Positions 1 through 8,622 of a stretch of DNA of 59,494 nt are shown here, one piece after another. The notes beneath the pieces were generated by a model. It was not told the origin of the DNA, did no database searches, and saw nothing but the letters and a program-made list of their open reading frames with translations. The position numbers were made by a program, and so were the translations under genes. Location: NCBI GenBank assembly GCA_016928115.1, contig JAFGLI010000006.1, positions 1-59,494 of the forward strand. Direction: 5' to 3'. Source of the DNA: Candidatus Woesearchaeota archaeon (GTDB lineage Archaea; Nanobdellota; Nanobdellia; Woesearchaeales; UBA9642). Every line of letters starts with the position of its first letter. Within the stretch, counting starts at the first letter, position 1.

Positions 1-551
1 AAATGTTTCCTGATTATGTTGATTTTATGTATATCTGCTTCTGAAACCAATAGTTGTTTGTTTATTTTCTGTATATTCTCAAGAGTTATATTTTCCTCCG
101 GATAAACCATCAAAGAAGAGCCTCCCCCGGAGATTAAGCATATTACAATATCCTTCTCAGTCATATTATATTTTTCTTTCAAAGATAATATCTCCTTTGT
201 TGAATCCATATTTTTTTGGTCTGGTATTGGATGGCTTGCCTTGTTTATTATTATCTTTTTTGTTTTATAAACAGAATTACAATTAACAATCCCTGCAGTT
301 ATATTCTCTGGTTTTATTATTCTCTCCAGTGATTCAGCCATTAAGCCAGAGGCTTTCCCTGCACCAATAACAAATATTCTTCCTTTTATTTCATATTCTT
401 TATTATTTATTATCAGAACATCATCATTAAACTTAACTGAATTTTTCATAATATTCTCAGGAAGAACCCTTTCAATACCCTTTTCAACTATATTTAATGC
501 CTTTTCCCTTAATTCATTAGTTGAAATCTCATCTCTGTTTTTTATAATCAT
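1..551 (-). CDS. Glycerate 2-kinase (GckA/TtuD, DUF4147 domain); runs off the window start
   Basis: Manual translation from ATG at 551: MIIKNRDEISTNELREKALNIVEKGIERVLP...VIGAGKASGLMA...ASHPIPD...LISGGGSSL...INIIRKH; the GAGKAS, HPxPD and SGGGSSL motifs fit the family. Confidence 0.9.
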   Translation of the reverse strand, partial: MIIKNRDEISTNELREKALNIVEKGIERVLPENIMKNSVKFNDDVLIINNKEYEIKGRIFVIGAGKASGLMAESLERIIKPENITAGIVNCNSVYKTKKIIINKASHPIPDQKNMDSTKEILSLKEKYNMTEKDIVICLISGGGSSLMVYPEENITLENIQKINKQLLVSEADIHKINIIRKH

Positions 552-659
552 AATCTATAAAAGAAATACTATGGTTTATTTAAATAATTTTTCTTAAAAC
601 CGGAAAAACACAGGACAACTAATAGAAACTTTTTTAAGCTATTAAATATTCTCTTCTAA

Positions 660-923
660 TGCTAGCCTGGGTGATTGGTCCCCGCCTGTTACATCAAGTG
701 GACCTTATGGATGAGGCGAAGCCCGGGGGGCGGTGTTTTTTAGGAATCTGGTCCTTTAAGCATTGTCGAGCCTCTGTCCCTATTGATGGTAATGTTTGTG
801 AACCGGATCAGGCCTTGATCGGAGCAGTCCTAAGCTTTCATGATCATGCTTTGGGGGTCGCGGAGAGGAGATGTTTATGGGATTAAGCCAGAGTCTTTTG
901 AAATATCCACCTCCGGGCATGCA
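660..923 (+). ncRNA. ffs: Archaeal signal recognition particle (7S) RNA
   Basis: GC-rich island. Alu domain with UGUUA and complementary loops GGUCC/GGACC; helix 5 GCCCGGGGG...CCUCCGGGC; helix 8 motif GAACCGGAUCAGG...AGCAGUCCUAAGC; TATA-like TTTTTAAG upstream. Confidence 0.92.
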
Positions 924-942
924 CTTTTCATATAAATATAAA

Positions 943-2115
943 ATGATATACTCATATTCTAGGATAAATACGTTCAAGAACTGCCCCTTTCAGTTTAAGC
1001 TAAGGTATATAGACAAAGAAAAGCCATTATGGGAGCATACAGCAGAGAGTATTCTGGGTAATATAGTCCATGAGGTGCTTGAAAAAATGTACTATGACTT
1101 CAAGCACGGAAAAATAAATTCATTAAAGGAAACATTACAATACTTTGAAAAAATATGGAAGAAATGCTGGTCTGAAAATAATATTAAGATAATAAAAAAT
1201 TACAGCAGAGCAGAATACAAAAGGCTGGCTGAAAGGCATTTAATCAATTATATACAGAAATTCAGCCCTTTAAGCCTTAGTGAAGAAGAGAAAAAAAGAC
1301 TAAAAATTCTCGATGTTGAAAAAAAGGTTTCCATTGCACTTAACGGATTCAACATGATAGGATTTATAGACAGGCTTGACTATGAAAACGGCCTGTATAT
1401 AATAAATGACTATAAGACGTCTATGACGCTGCCTTCAGAAGATGATATGAAAAAGGACTGGCAGCTTGCCCTTTACAGCATAGCAATAAAGAAAAAATTC
1501 TCAACAGATAAAATAAAGCTAAGGTGGTATTATATAAACTTTGACAAGGTTTTTGAATTAAAGCCTGATTTCAGTCATGCAGAAAAAATGGCTATTGAAG
1601 GCATACAGGCAATAGAAAAGGCTGAAGAGTTTGAGCCAAAGCCTTCTGCCTTATGCGACTGGTGTGCCTACCAGCACCTATGCCCTTTGAGAAAGCATTT
1701 ATTTATGCCTGAAAAAAAAGAAGAAGTTGAAGGGGAAAAGCTGGTCGAGGAATATGCAAATCTGAAAATAAAAGAAAAAAAAATAAAGGTAATGATTGAT
1801 GAAATGAAGGAGAAAATAATCAATTATGCTGAAGAGAATGATTTAGGAAGTGTTTACGGCAAAAACTATATAGCAAATGTGAAGATAAAAGAGGATATTG
1901 AATTCCCCTCTAAAAGCAGTGAAGAAAGAACAGATCTTATCAGATTACTGAAAAAAATGGGGAAATGGGACAATGTTGAGGACCTTGATGTTTATGCCCT
2001 GAAAAGCATAATACTGAACAAGAAATGGACTGATAATGAAATAGAAAGACTAGATAAATTCATAAAAGAGAAAAAGATAGGATGCATCTCATTAAGGAAA
2101 AGGGAAAATAAATAA
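943..2115 (+). CDS. PD-(D/E)XK (RecB/AddB-like) nuclease with probable Fe-S staple and a C-terminal helical domain
   Basis: YSYSRINTFKNCP, GNIVHEVLE, GFIDRLD, INDYKT, QLALY and CDWCAYQHLCP motifs; start moved to ATG 943 because the ORF extension overlaps the SRP RNA. Confidence 0.85.
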   Translation: MIYSYSRINTFKNCPFQFKLRYIDKEKPLWEHTAESILGNIVHEVLEKMYYDFKHGKINSLKETLQYFEKIWKKCWSENNIKIIKNYSRAEYKRLAERHLINYIQKFSPLSLSEEEKKRLKILDVEKKVSIALNGFNMIGFIDRLDYENGLYIINDYKTSMTLPSEDDMKKDWQLALYSIAIKKKFSTDKIKLRWYYINFDKVFELKPDFSHAEKMAIEGIQAIEKAEEFEPKPSALCDWCAYQHLCPLRKHLFMPEKKEEVEGEKLVEEYANLKIKEKKIKVMIDEMKEKIINYAEENDLGSVYGKNYIANVKIKEDIEFPSKSSEERTDLIRLLKKMGKWDNVEDLDVYALKSIILNKKWTDNEIERLDKFIKEKKIGCISLRKRENK

Positions 2116-2124
2116 AAATATAAA

Positions 2125-2724
2125 ATGACAGATTATGATTTTAGGAATTTAATAAGAGATAGTTTTGACAGAGGAAAATGGGAAGCAAATCTGCATTCTA
2201 ATAAGGGTTTATTTCAAATAAGAGGCAATTCTTCAAATAAAATAGTCGGTCCAAAGATGGACAGTTCCGGAAATATAATAGGAGATTTAATGGCTTATGA
2301 AACAGCATATTTCTATAGCGTTGCAGACAGAGACCAAATCAGATTTTTTGAAATACTCCAGAAGGAAAACCCCCGGGCAGCAAAGGAATATTTATTGGTC
2401 ATTGCAGGAGGCTTAAGAAAATGGAGAGAGGATATAAAATGGCTGCAACTTGCTCTGAAATATTTACAGAAGAAAGAAAGAATGCTTGAAAAAGAAGAAA
2501 GATTAATTAAAGAAGACGAAGAATTAAACAGTTTCACCCAGAATATTCCTTCTGTTTTAAAAAGGCATTTCCCCCAATTATTTTTAGAACAGAACCTGCA
2601 TAATTTAGATTTTATAAGACTATTGGAAAAAATAGAATTAACTCTGAGAAAAGACAAAGAAGAAGAAAAACAATTAGAAAACTATCTTAATAAGAAAAGA
2701 GAGGAAATGCCTTTTCTGTTCTAA
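2125..2724 (+). CDS. Hypothetical protein
   Basis: 199-aa ORF directly after the nuclease; no motif recognised. Confidence 0.6.
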   Translation: MTDYDFRNLIRDSFDRGKWEANLHSNKGLFQIRGNSSNKIVGPKMDSSGNIIGDLMAYETAYFYSVADRDQIRFFEILQKENPRAAKEYLLVIAGGLRKWREDIKWLQLALKYLQKKERMLEKEERLIKEDEELNSFTQNIPSVLKRHFPQLFLEQNLHNLDFIRLLEKIELTLRKDKEEEKQLENYLNKKREEMPFLF

Positions 2725-2731
2725 AAAGAAG

Positions 2732-2971
2732 TCACTTTATTTTCCCTGCTTTCGTTTTGGATTTCTTTTTGCCTTTTTTGTTATTTTTTGAAAAAATATA
2801 TATGTATAATATTTCTAACAAACCTACTGTATTTACCAAAAGCAAAACAATAAACCATGCCAAATGAGAATTCCTTGCAGACTTCCATAAGGCAATTGCC
2901 TTCCATACACCTGACCAAATCATTACAAAAATTAAAATCATAAGATAACCCGCACTCATTCCATAAAGCAT
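2732..2971 (-). CDS. Small membrane protein (DUF5652-like)
   Basis: WSGVWKAIALWKSARN..WFIVLLLVNTVGLLEILY. Confidence 0.8.
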   Translation of the reverse strand: MLYGMSAGYLMILIFVMIWSGVWKAIALWKSARNSHLAWFIVLLLVNTVGLLEILYIYIFSKNNKKGKKKSKTKAGKIK

Positions 2972-3030
2972 ATTTTCACCTCATTTAAAATAAACTATTA
3001 GAAAATATAATTATTAGTTTATATAATTTT

Positions 3031-3666
3031 TTATTTTAATAATTTATTCTTAATCAAAAAATCTTTTACTGTTTCATAAATCAGCTTATGGCCTTCTGAA
3101 TTGGGATGTAATCCATCATATAATAATTTTTTATAGTCTTTTTTAACAAATATTTTGTAAATATCTATAAAATGAACATTGTTTTTTGCACATATTTCTT
3201 TTAAATTATTGTTGTATTCCTGTATATATTCATTTTTATATGAATTAAGGTCGTTGTATAATGTTGTCATGGACTCATCAACAAATGTATAATTGATAAA
3301 GATTATTTTTGAACTGAAATTTTTAGCAAGAGAAATTAATTTTTTTATATTTTTTTTAAATTGCTCGGGTTTTACCTGTAACCTATTCTCATTATGATAA
3401 AAATGGCTGTCATTTGTTCCTATGGCAAAGATTATTATGCATTCCTCATCTTCATTTATAATAGTTGAGGTTTCTTCTTCAAATCTGTTTAAGACATCAC
3501 CCGTATCCTCACCACCAACACTGAAATTAAAGACTTCATCGTATTCATCATTATCCTTGTTCATATTTCTTTTATGGATAAACTTCTTTAATCTTTCAAC
3601 CCAGCCGCCTTCTTCATCCCATGCACCATAAGCTATGCTGTCTCCAAAAACCAATATTCTTGTCAT
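3031..3666 (-). CDS. SGNH/GDSL hydrolase
   Basis: FGDSI, GTND and DGLHPN blocks. Confidence 0.92.
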   Translation of the reverse strand: MTRILVFGDSIAYGAWDEEGGWVERLKKFIHKRNMNKDNDEYDEVFNFSVGGEDTGDVLNRFEEETSTIINEDEECIIIFAIGTNDSHFYHNENRLQVKPEQFKKNIKKLISLAKNFSSKIIFINYTFVDESMTTLYNDLNSYKNEYIQEYNNNLKEICAKNNVHFIDIYKIFVKKDYKKLLYDGLHPNSEGHKLIYETVKDFLIKNKLLK

Positions 3667-3670
3667 AATA

Positions 3671-4429
3671 TCAAACCCAATTTTTCAAAGCTTCCTCTTC
3701 TATAAAATGCAATTCTCCCGGAACAATAATGCAGTGAGGAGGCTTTCCAAAGTCCTCTTTTAATAAGTCCTTAACTACAGAATATTTTATTTTTTTGTCT
3801 TTGCAGCCCAGTCTTGCACAGCCTATGACTTTTGTATCTCCATTGATTAATTTCTTACCCAATTCATTTTCTTTTTCCAATAATAGGTTTAAACCTTCTT
3901 TAACAGACATAAACTTATTGTCTTTAGACTTAATATCTAATAAGCATAATGTATGCAATCCATTTTTTTTATTCATCTTTATAACATCATAAGCAGTTTT
4001 TGGGTTGTAATTTTTTTCAGGAAAAACAATTGATGTTGTCTTGCCGAATTTATACAGCTCCAGACCAACAGAGCCGGCAACATTTATCACAGATGCATTA
4101 TGTATAAACCTGCATTCTATATTCTTTTCCTTGGCTCTAAGCCATAAGTCTGTATGTGTTGTAGCACCGAATATATCACCAACCACTAAAAAACTTACAT
4201 TTTTATCTTTAGCCTTATCTAAAATCTCATCTGCATTGTTCTCAACAAGATTCCTGTCTGCCCCAATAATTTTTTTGCCATAGAACTCCTCTAATTTTTC
4301 AACAGGAACCTGCAATAAAGATGTATAATTTTCCAGAAAAACATAATCACTTTTCTTAACTGCATATAAGCCCTTGACAGTAATGTCTTTTTCATCCTCT
4401 AAACCCAAACCTATAAAGTACAAAACCAT
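3671..4429 (-). CDS. dph5: Diphthine synthase
   Basis: LYFIGLGL..KDITVKGL, ENYTS, ATTH, GLELYKFG, GLHTLCLLDI. Confidence 0.96.
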   Translation of the reverse strand: MVLYFIGLGLEDEKDITVKGLYAVKKSDYVFLENYTSLLQVPVEKLEEFYGKKIIGADRNLVENNADEILDKAKDKNVSFLVVGDIFGATTHTDLWLRAKEKNIECRFIHNASVINVAGSVGLELYKFGKTTSIVFPEKNYNPKTAYDVIKMNKKNGLHTLCLLDIKSKDNKFMSVKEGLNLLLEKENELGKKLINGDTKVIGCARLGCKDKKIKYSVVKDLLKEDFGKPPHCIIVPGELHFIEEEALKNWV

Positions 4430-4430
4430 T

Positions 4431-5324
4431 TTATTTATCAGATTTTTTTTCAGACTCCTGCAGAACCAAGAGGTCCTGTGTTGTCAGTTTCTCTTTTTTC
4501 TTGATTTTTTCCCTGACTTCCTTGGTCCTTTCCTTCAGGGTCTTTTCCAGGTTATTGTCTTCTTTTAATTGTACATTGTTTTTTTCAAGAAGATCATTAA
4601 TCTCTTTCAGCTCCAGAAGCTTTTTGTTCAGTTCATTCTCAATCTTTTTTATTTCATCACTTGCATGGTCGATTTCTTTGTTTAATTCTTTTTCTTTTTC
4701 CTTCAGCTCATTTATGGCATCAGATGTTTTCATTAATTTTTCATGGGACTCCTGGCTCTTATCAGCCATTTTCTGGATTTCATTATGTATTGAATCAGCC
4801 CTTTCCCTGTATTTATCTATATCCACAGACAACTCAGAATTGCTCCTGCTTAATTCACTGATGCCTTTCAGCTTTTCAAGCTTATTTTTCATGACTTTTA
4901 TCTTCTTCATCAACTCTTTCTCCTGTTCAAAAGTCACTGCCCCTATCTCAATTTTATTATAGATGCCCTCAATCTGCTCTTTTATTTCTTCAGGGCTCTC
5001 TTTTATCCCCAGCTTATCAAGATTATTTTTCCTCTGCTTCTGTATTTCTTTTATGTCTTTTATCTTGTCTTTTATCTCCTGGTTCAGCTTTTTCCTTTCT
5101 TTCTTATTTTTCTTTATTGTATTGGTAATGTCATTTCTTTCTTTCTTGAACAAAGAAGCCTGTTTTATCTTATGTTTTATATCCTGGGATATTTTTCTTT
5201 TATCCCTTATCAGGCCTTTTTTTATATTGGACTGTTTATTCAGTTTATTCCTCAGGATATTTATTTCATCCTGGATTTTCCTTAACTCAGAAATCAATTC
5301 ATCTATTTTATTTTGTTCTAACAT
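4431..5324 (-). CDS. Conserved archaeal coiled-coil protein (COG1340-like)
   Basis: Long heptad pattern, ADSIHNEIQKMADKSQESHE, C-terminal KLTTQDLLVLQ. Confidence 0.75.
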   Translation of the reverse strand: MLEQNKIDELISELRKIQDEINILRNKLNKQSNIKKGLIRDKRKISQDIKHKIKQASLFKKERNDITNTIKKNKKERKKLNQEIKDKIKDIKEIQKQRKNNLDKLGIKESPEEIKEQIEGIYNKIEIGAVTFEQEKELMKKIKVMKNKLEKLKGISELSRSNSELSVDIDKYRERADSIHNEIQKMADKSQESHEKLMKTSDAINELKEKEKELNKEIDHASDEIKKIENELNKKLLELKEINDLLEKNNVQLKEDNNLEKTLKERTKEVREKIKKKEKLTTQDLLVLQESEKKSDK

Positions 5325-5389
5325 TTGCGTGCCTTTTATATTTAATCCAATAAAAAAATATTAAAAAAATATTAAAAATTTAGTTATAT

Positions 5390-5716
5390 TTAACCGAACA
5401 GAGCTCCTAAACCTTCAGCAGACTCTTCTTCTGATTTCTTTTCTTCTTCTTTCTTTTTCTCTTCTTTCTTTTCTGTGCCTTCTGCCTTTGGTCCTTCTTC
5501 GCCGCCTGCACTTGATGCTGGTGCAGCTGCTGCAGGAACTGCTGCTGCCTCTTTCAAAGCCTTTTCAATATCCACTCCGTTCAAAGCACTGACCAGGGCC
5601 TTAACTTTTGCATCATCCACCTTAACAGATGCAGCCTGAAGCACTTTCTTAACTGAACCTTCATCTATCTTCTGTCCAGCCTTGTGTAGTAACATTGCAG
5701 CATATATATATTCCAT
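5390..5716 (-). CDS. rpl12: Ribosomal stalk protein P1/L12
   Basis: MEYIYAAMLLH...EGLGALFG. Confidence 0.97.
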   Translation of the reverse strand: MEYIYAAMLLHKAGQKIDEGSVKKVLQAASVKVDDAKVKALVSALNGVDIEKALKEAAAVPAAAAPASSAGGEEGPKAEGTEKKEEKKKEEEKKSEEESAEGLGALFG

Positions 5717-5742
5717 TTTACAACCTCCATAATAGTTTTTGA

Positions 5743-6807
5743 TTATAATTTATTTTTTTTGTCCTCTTTTTTCTCTGGTTTTTCTTCTTTGATTTCCTCA
5801 GTTTTATCTGTTTTAAATTCTTCTGGTTCTTTTTTCTCTTCTTTAATAATTTCTTTAGGCTGTTCATTAACTTCTTCTTTTTTATCTTCAGCTTTCTCTT
5901 CTTTATTTTCTTCTGGTTTCTTGGTTTCACTGGTTGTTTCTTCAGGAACTTCAATTTTCAAATCAAGCAGGGAATTCAGGTTCACTGCCTGTGCATTGGC
6001 CTTTGACAGGATAATTCCTGTGGTTTTATCCGTAAGTATATTCTCATTCAACGCAAGATTTAAGGCCTCTGCATGGGCTTTTTGAAGCAGTATGTTTATT
6101 GTAATATCAGCAGGATAATTTATGCTCAATGCAAGTTTGAATGAATCCATTGCAGATTTAATAATATTATTATAATATTCCTGCTCATCTATATCAAGTA
6201 TGTCTTTTTCAAGTATTTTCCCGTCATCCCATACAGCCTTCAGGTTTAAGCCTATCTCCATCGGCTTTAAATCAAGCCTTTTTAAGATTCCTGCAACCTT
6301 ATCATTAACCGTTTCTCCTTCTTTTACAACAAGGCAGTCTTCTTTTATAACTAATTTTCCTGCATCCACACCTGTTTGTATTCCTATAGACCCCAATTCT
6401 CCTATTATTGGACCTGGAGCGAAACTCGTTGGTCCTTTTGGGACAACAATGTTATTAACTGCTTCCTGCCCTGCTTTTATAGGGGCCTTGGTCTTATTCT
6501 TTTTTATTATGCTGTATAAGCTGAAAGGGTCTTCTTTAGAAAACAAAACAGCAGTCAATCCATCCATATAATCCTCAAGCTTTTCAAGGTTATCTTTGTT
6601 TGTTTTTTCAATTGCTATCTTCATCAGCCTTCTTTTAGTCATTTTTATCAGGACATTGTGCTCTCTTAATTTCGCTCTTATATCCTGAAACTGCCTGGCA
6701 GGAAGGTTTCTTAAATCCAGTATACCTATGATAGGATAACTATTAAACAAATCTATAAACTCCTTCACTTTGTCCTTCTTATATTCCTGGATTTTTGGCT
6801 CTGTCAT
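5743..6807 (-). CDS. rplP0: Ribosomal protein P0/uL10 with charged C-terminal tail
   Basis: GPTSFAPGPIIGEL; position in the L1-L10-L12 operon. Confidence 0.96.
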   Translation of the reverse strand: MTEPKIQEYKKDKVKEFIDLFNSYPIIGILDLRNLPARQFQDIRAKLREHNVLIKMTKRRLMKIAIEKTNKDNLEKLEDYMDGLTAVLFSKEDPFSLYSIIKKNKTKAPIKAGQEAVNNIVVPKGPTSFAPGPIIGELGSIGIQTGVDAGKLVIKEDCLVVKEGETVNDKVAGILKRLDLKPMEIGLNLKAVWDDGKILEKDILDIDEQEYYNNIIKSAMDSFKLALSINYPADITINILLQKAHAEALNLALNENILTDKTTGIILSKANAQAVNLNSLLDLKIEVPEETTSETKKPEENKEEKAEDKKEEVNEQPKEIIKEEKKEPEEFKTDKTEEIKEEKPEKKEDKKNKL

Positions 6808-6814
6808 TTTATCA

Positions 6815-7468
6815 TCATATTAATTTTACGGGCTTGCTCATGGTAAACTTAAGCATAGCATTTTTTACATTGTTTTTTTCTTTTGGCAGGCTGTGGACTA
6901 TGGTGTTATAAGCGACTATTATATTATCAATTATATCATCATCTTTCATATCCTCCTTCCCGACCATAAGATGGACAACAGGATTTCTTTCCACTCTTAC
7001 AGCAAGGGTATGCTGTAGTTTATAGTATAATGCATCAAAATCAGTCTTGGGATTAATAACGCAGCCTATTTTAGGGTTAGGCATTTTATTCCTAGGCCCC
7101 AGAATCCTTCCGAAACTTGAAGCTACTTTAGCCATTATATTTGCCTGTGAAACAAAAAAATCATATTTTCCTGCTATTTTTTTAGCACTTCTCATATTTT
7201 CACTGTATTTATTGAATTCAGAAACCTCAATGACCTTATCAAAAACCTTTTTTGCCTTGCTGACAAGGTCCATATCGACAAAAGCGCAGACAGTCCTTTT
7301 TTTGCCTATAGTCTTATGTAAATTTATGAACAAATTGATCTTATGCTGTGGATTCTTAAAGTCTATATCCTGCAGATTTATAATTAATTCAACTGACTGC
7401 TTAAAGTTCCTTTTCTTGGAATCTTTTCTCAGCTTATCCAATACTTTTATGCATTTATTCTTGTCCAT
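6815..7468 (-). CDS. rpl1: Ribosomal protein uL1
   Basis: KRNFKQSVELIINL, GRILGPRNKMPNPK, KFTMSKP. Confidence 0.96.
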   Translation of the reverse strand: MDKNKCIKVLDKLRKDSKKRNFKQSVELIINLQDIDFKNPQHKINLFINLHKTIGKKRTVCAFVDMDLVSKAKKVFDKVIEVSEFNKYSENMRSAKKIAGKYDFFVSQANIMAKVASSFGRILGPRNKMPNPKIGCVINPKTDFDALYYKLQHTLAVRVERNPVVHLMVGKEDMKDDDIIDNIIVAYNTIVHSLPKEKNNVKNAMLKFTMSKPVKLI

Positions 7469-7475
7469 TTTGAAA

Positions 7476-7540
7476 GGGCCCTCCTACAAGAAATGTAGTA
7501 TGTCCTGTGCTCGAGAAAAGCACATGAACACATCGGGCAA
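7476..7540 (-). promoter_or_regulatory. Structured 5' leader of the L1-P0-P1 operon, probable L1-binding autoregulatory site
   Basis: Stems GCCC/GGGC, UGUGCU/AGCACA and CUACA/UGUAG; the SD GGAGG lies inside the fold. Confidence 0.6.
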
Positions 7541-7578
7541 AATCTTTTAAAGATTCTTAATTAACGGAATTTTGAAGG

Positions 7579-7594
7579 ATTTATAAAGGTTACG
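7579..7594 (-). promoter_or_regulatory. BRE-TATA promoter of the rpl1 operon
   Basis: CGTAACCTTTATAAAT on the minus strand; near-identical context at the rps19e promoter (about 13347-13375). Confidence 0.7.
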
Positions 7595-7730
7595 GAAATG
7601 CAAGCATTTCCTAACTTAAAAAATCTCTGATTTTTGTAAGTTACGGAATTTTGCGGGCAAAATTACGAACTTAGAAAATGCCTACATTTTCGTAAGTTAG
7701 GAATTATTTTATGTTTTCGTAAATTTTGGT
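7589..7730. repeat. Array of about 5 interlocking short inverted repeats
   Basis: gaaatgc-aa-gcatttc; aaaaatc-tct-gattttt; aattttgc-gg-gcaaaatt; gaaaatg-ccta-cattttc, joined by alternating AACTTA/TAAGTTA linkers. Confidence 0.85.
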
Positions 7731-7795
7731 TTATTTGAAAAAATAATGACAAAAGAAATAAAATTTATAAACCAATAGCTTTTTTCAAAAATAGT

Positions 7796-7912
7796 GCCTA
7801 GGTCGCATAACCTGGTATTGCGCCAGCTTGGAAAGCTGGTCCCTCTGGGATTCCCGGAAACCTTTTAGGAAAATGTCTTAAGGGTTGGGAAATTCAAATC
7901 CGGGCCTAGGCG
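7796..7912 (+). tRNA. tRNA-Ser(GGA) with a 35-nt intron between positions 53 and 54
   Basis: Acceptor GCCTAGG/CCTAGGC plus discriminator G; anticodon arm CCAGC-TTGGAAA-GCTGG; long variable arm; T-arm CCCGG-TTCAAAT-CCGGG is restored by removing 7858-7892. Confidence 0.92.
7858..7892 (+). other. Non-canonical tRNA intron with relaxed bulge-helix-bulge motif
   Basis: Central 4-bp helix TCCC/GGGA, 3-nt bulges GG^A and AA^T with cuts after the second base, intron stem AACC.../...GGTT. Confidence 0.85.
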
Positions 7913-8019
7913 TTTTTCTTTATTTAAGGGCTTGACGAACGAAGTGAGGAAACCCTTGGTTTTAGTCAAGTTTTTAATGAAATGTCCAAAAACTTGCGGG
8001 CCTAGGCGTTTTTCTTTAT
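7901..8019 (+). repeat. 23-bp direct repeat of the tRNA 3' end flanking a 73-nt two-hairpin insert
   Basis: cgggcctaggcgtttttctttat at 7901-7923 and 7997-8019. Confidence 0.9.
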
Positions 8020-8079
8020 CAAAAATATAATGAATAATTCAGAAACAATCCTCAGAAAACAATACCAGAATTTTAGATA

Positions 8080-8580
8080 TTAATATTTATACATATTAAG
8101 ATAACCTTTTATTTTATCCTTTATGTCTTCATAATCACTCAGGGCCTTTCTTTCAAATTTTCTAGTGTATGACTTATATATAAACTTATCAAAAATAGTC
8201 CTAAGAAAATAATAAAGCGGCCTGTTCTGCAAAATATTTTCCCAATCTGTAACCAAAAACAAATCAAATATCATATCCACCTTTCCTTTATTGTAAATCT
8301 CTTTTATCCCGTCTCTCTCAACTTCAACATCTTTTATTTCACTGAAAATCATAAATATCCTTATCTCTATTTTAGCATAATCTGATATTAATTTAAATGG
8401 CCTTGCCTCAATAATAATTTGTTTTCCTGTATCATAATGCTCCTGATAATTCTTTAATTCCTGATGGTCATAGCCCATTTCATAGCACCATTTTTCTATA
8501 AGGTCATATAATTCCTTTACCTTGAAAAGACCTATATAGGACAGGCTTTCTCCTTCCACGATATTTTTTATTGCAGTCAT
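8080..8580 (-). CDS. Hypothetical protein, paralogue of 8623-9159 and 52409-53077
   Basis: Shared LY..I..W.....YD and G.......L..D patterns. Confidence 0.75.
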   Translation of the reverse strand: MTAIKNIVEGESLSYIGLFKVKELYDLIEKWCYEMGYDHQELKNYQEHYDTGKQIIIEARPFKLISDYAKIEIRIFMIFSEIKDVEVERDGIKEIYNKGKVDMIFDLFLVTDWENILQNRPLYYFLRTIFDKFIYKSYTRKFERKALSDYEDIKDKIKGYLNMYKY

Positions 8581-8622
8581 TATTATATTACATTTGATTA
8601 ATATAATATTTAGTTTATATAT

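Noticed and set aside
659-942. ORFs 659-886 and 780-977 and the N-terminal extension of 871-2115
   Set aside because: They overlap the SRP RNA; their composition is unlike the rest of the proteome
943-2115. Cas4/CRISPR association of the PD-(D/E)XK nuclease
   Set aside because: No cas genes or array in the window; solo RecB-like nucleases are common
7926-7970. Hammerhead-ribozyme-like TTGACGA...GAAA...GTC
   Set aside because: The core reads UUGACGA rather than CUGANGA, and stems II and III do not form in the required register
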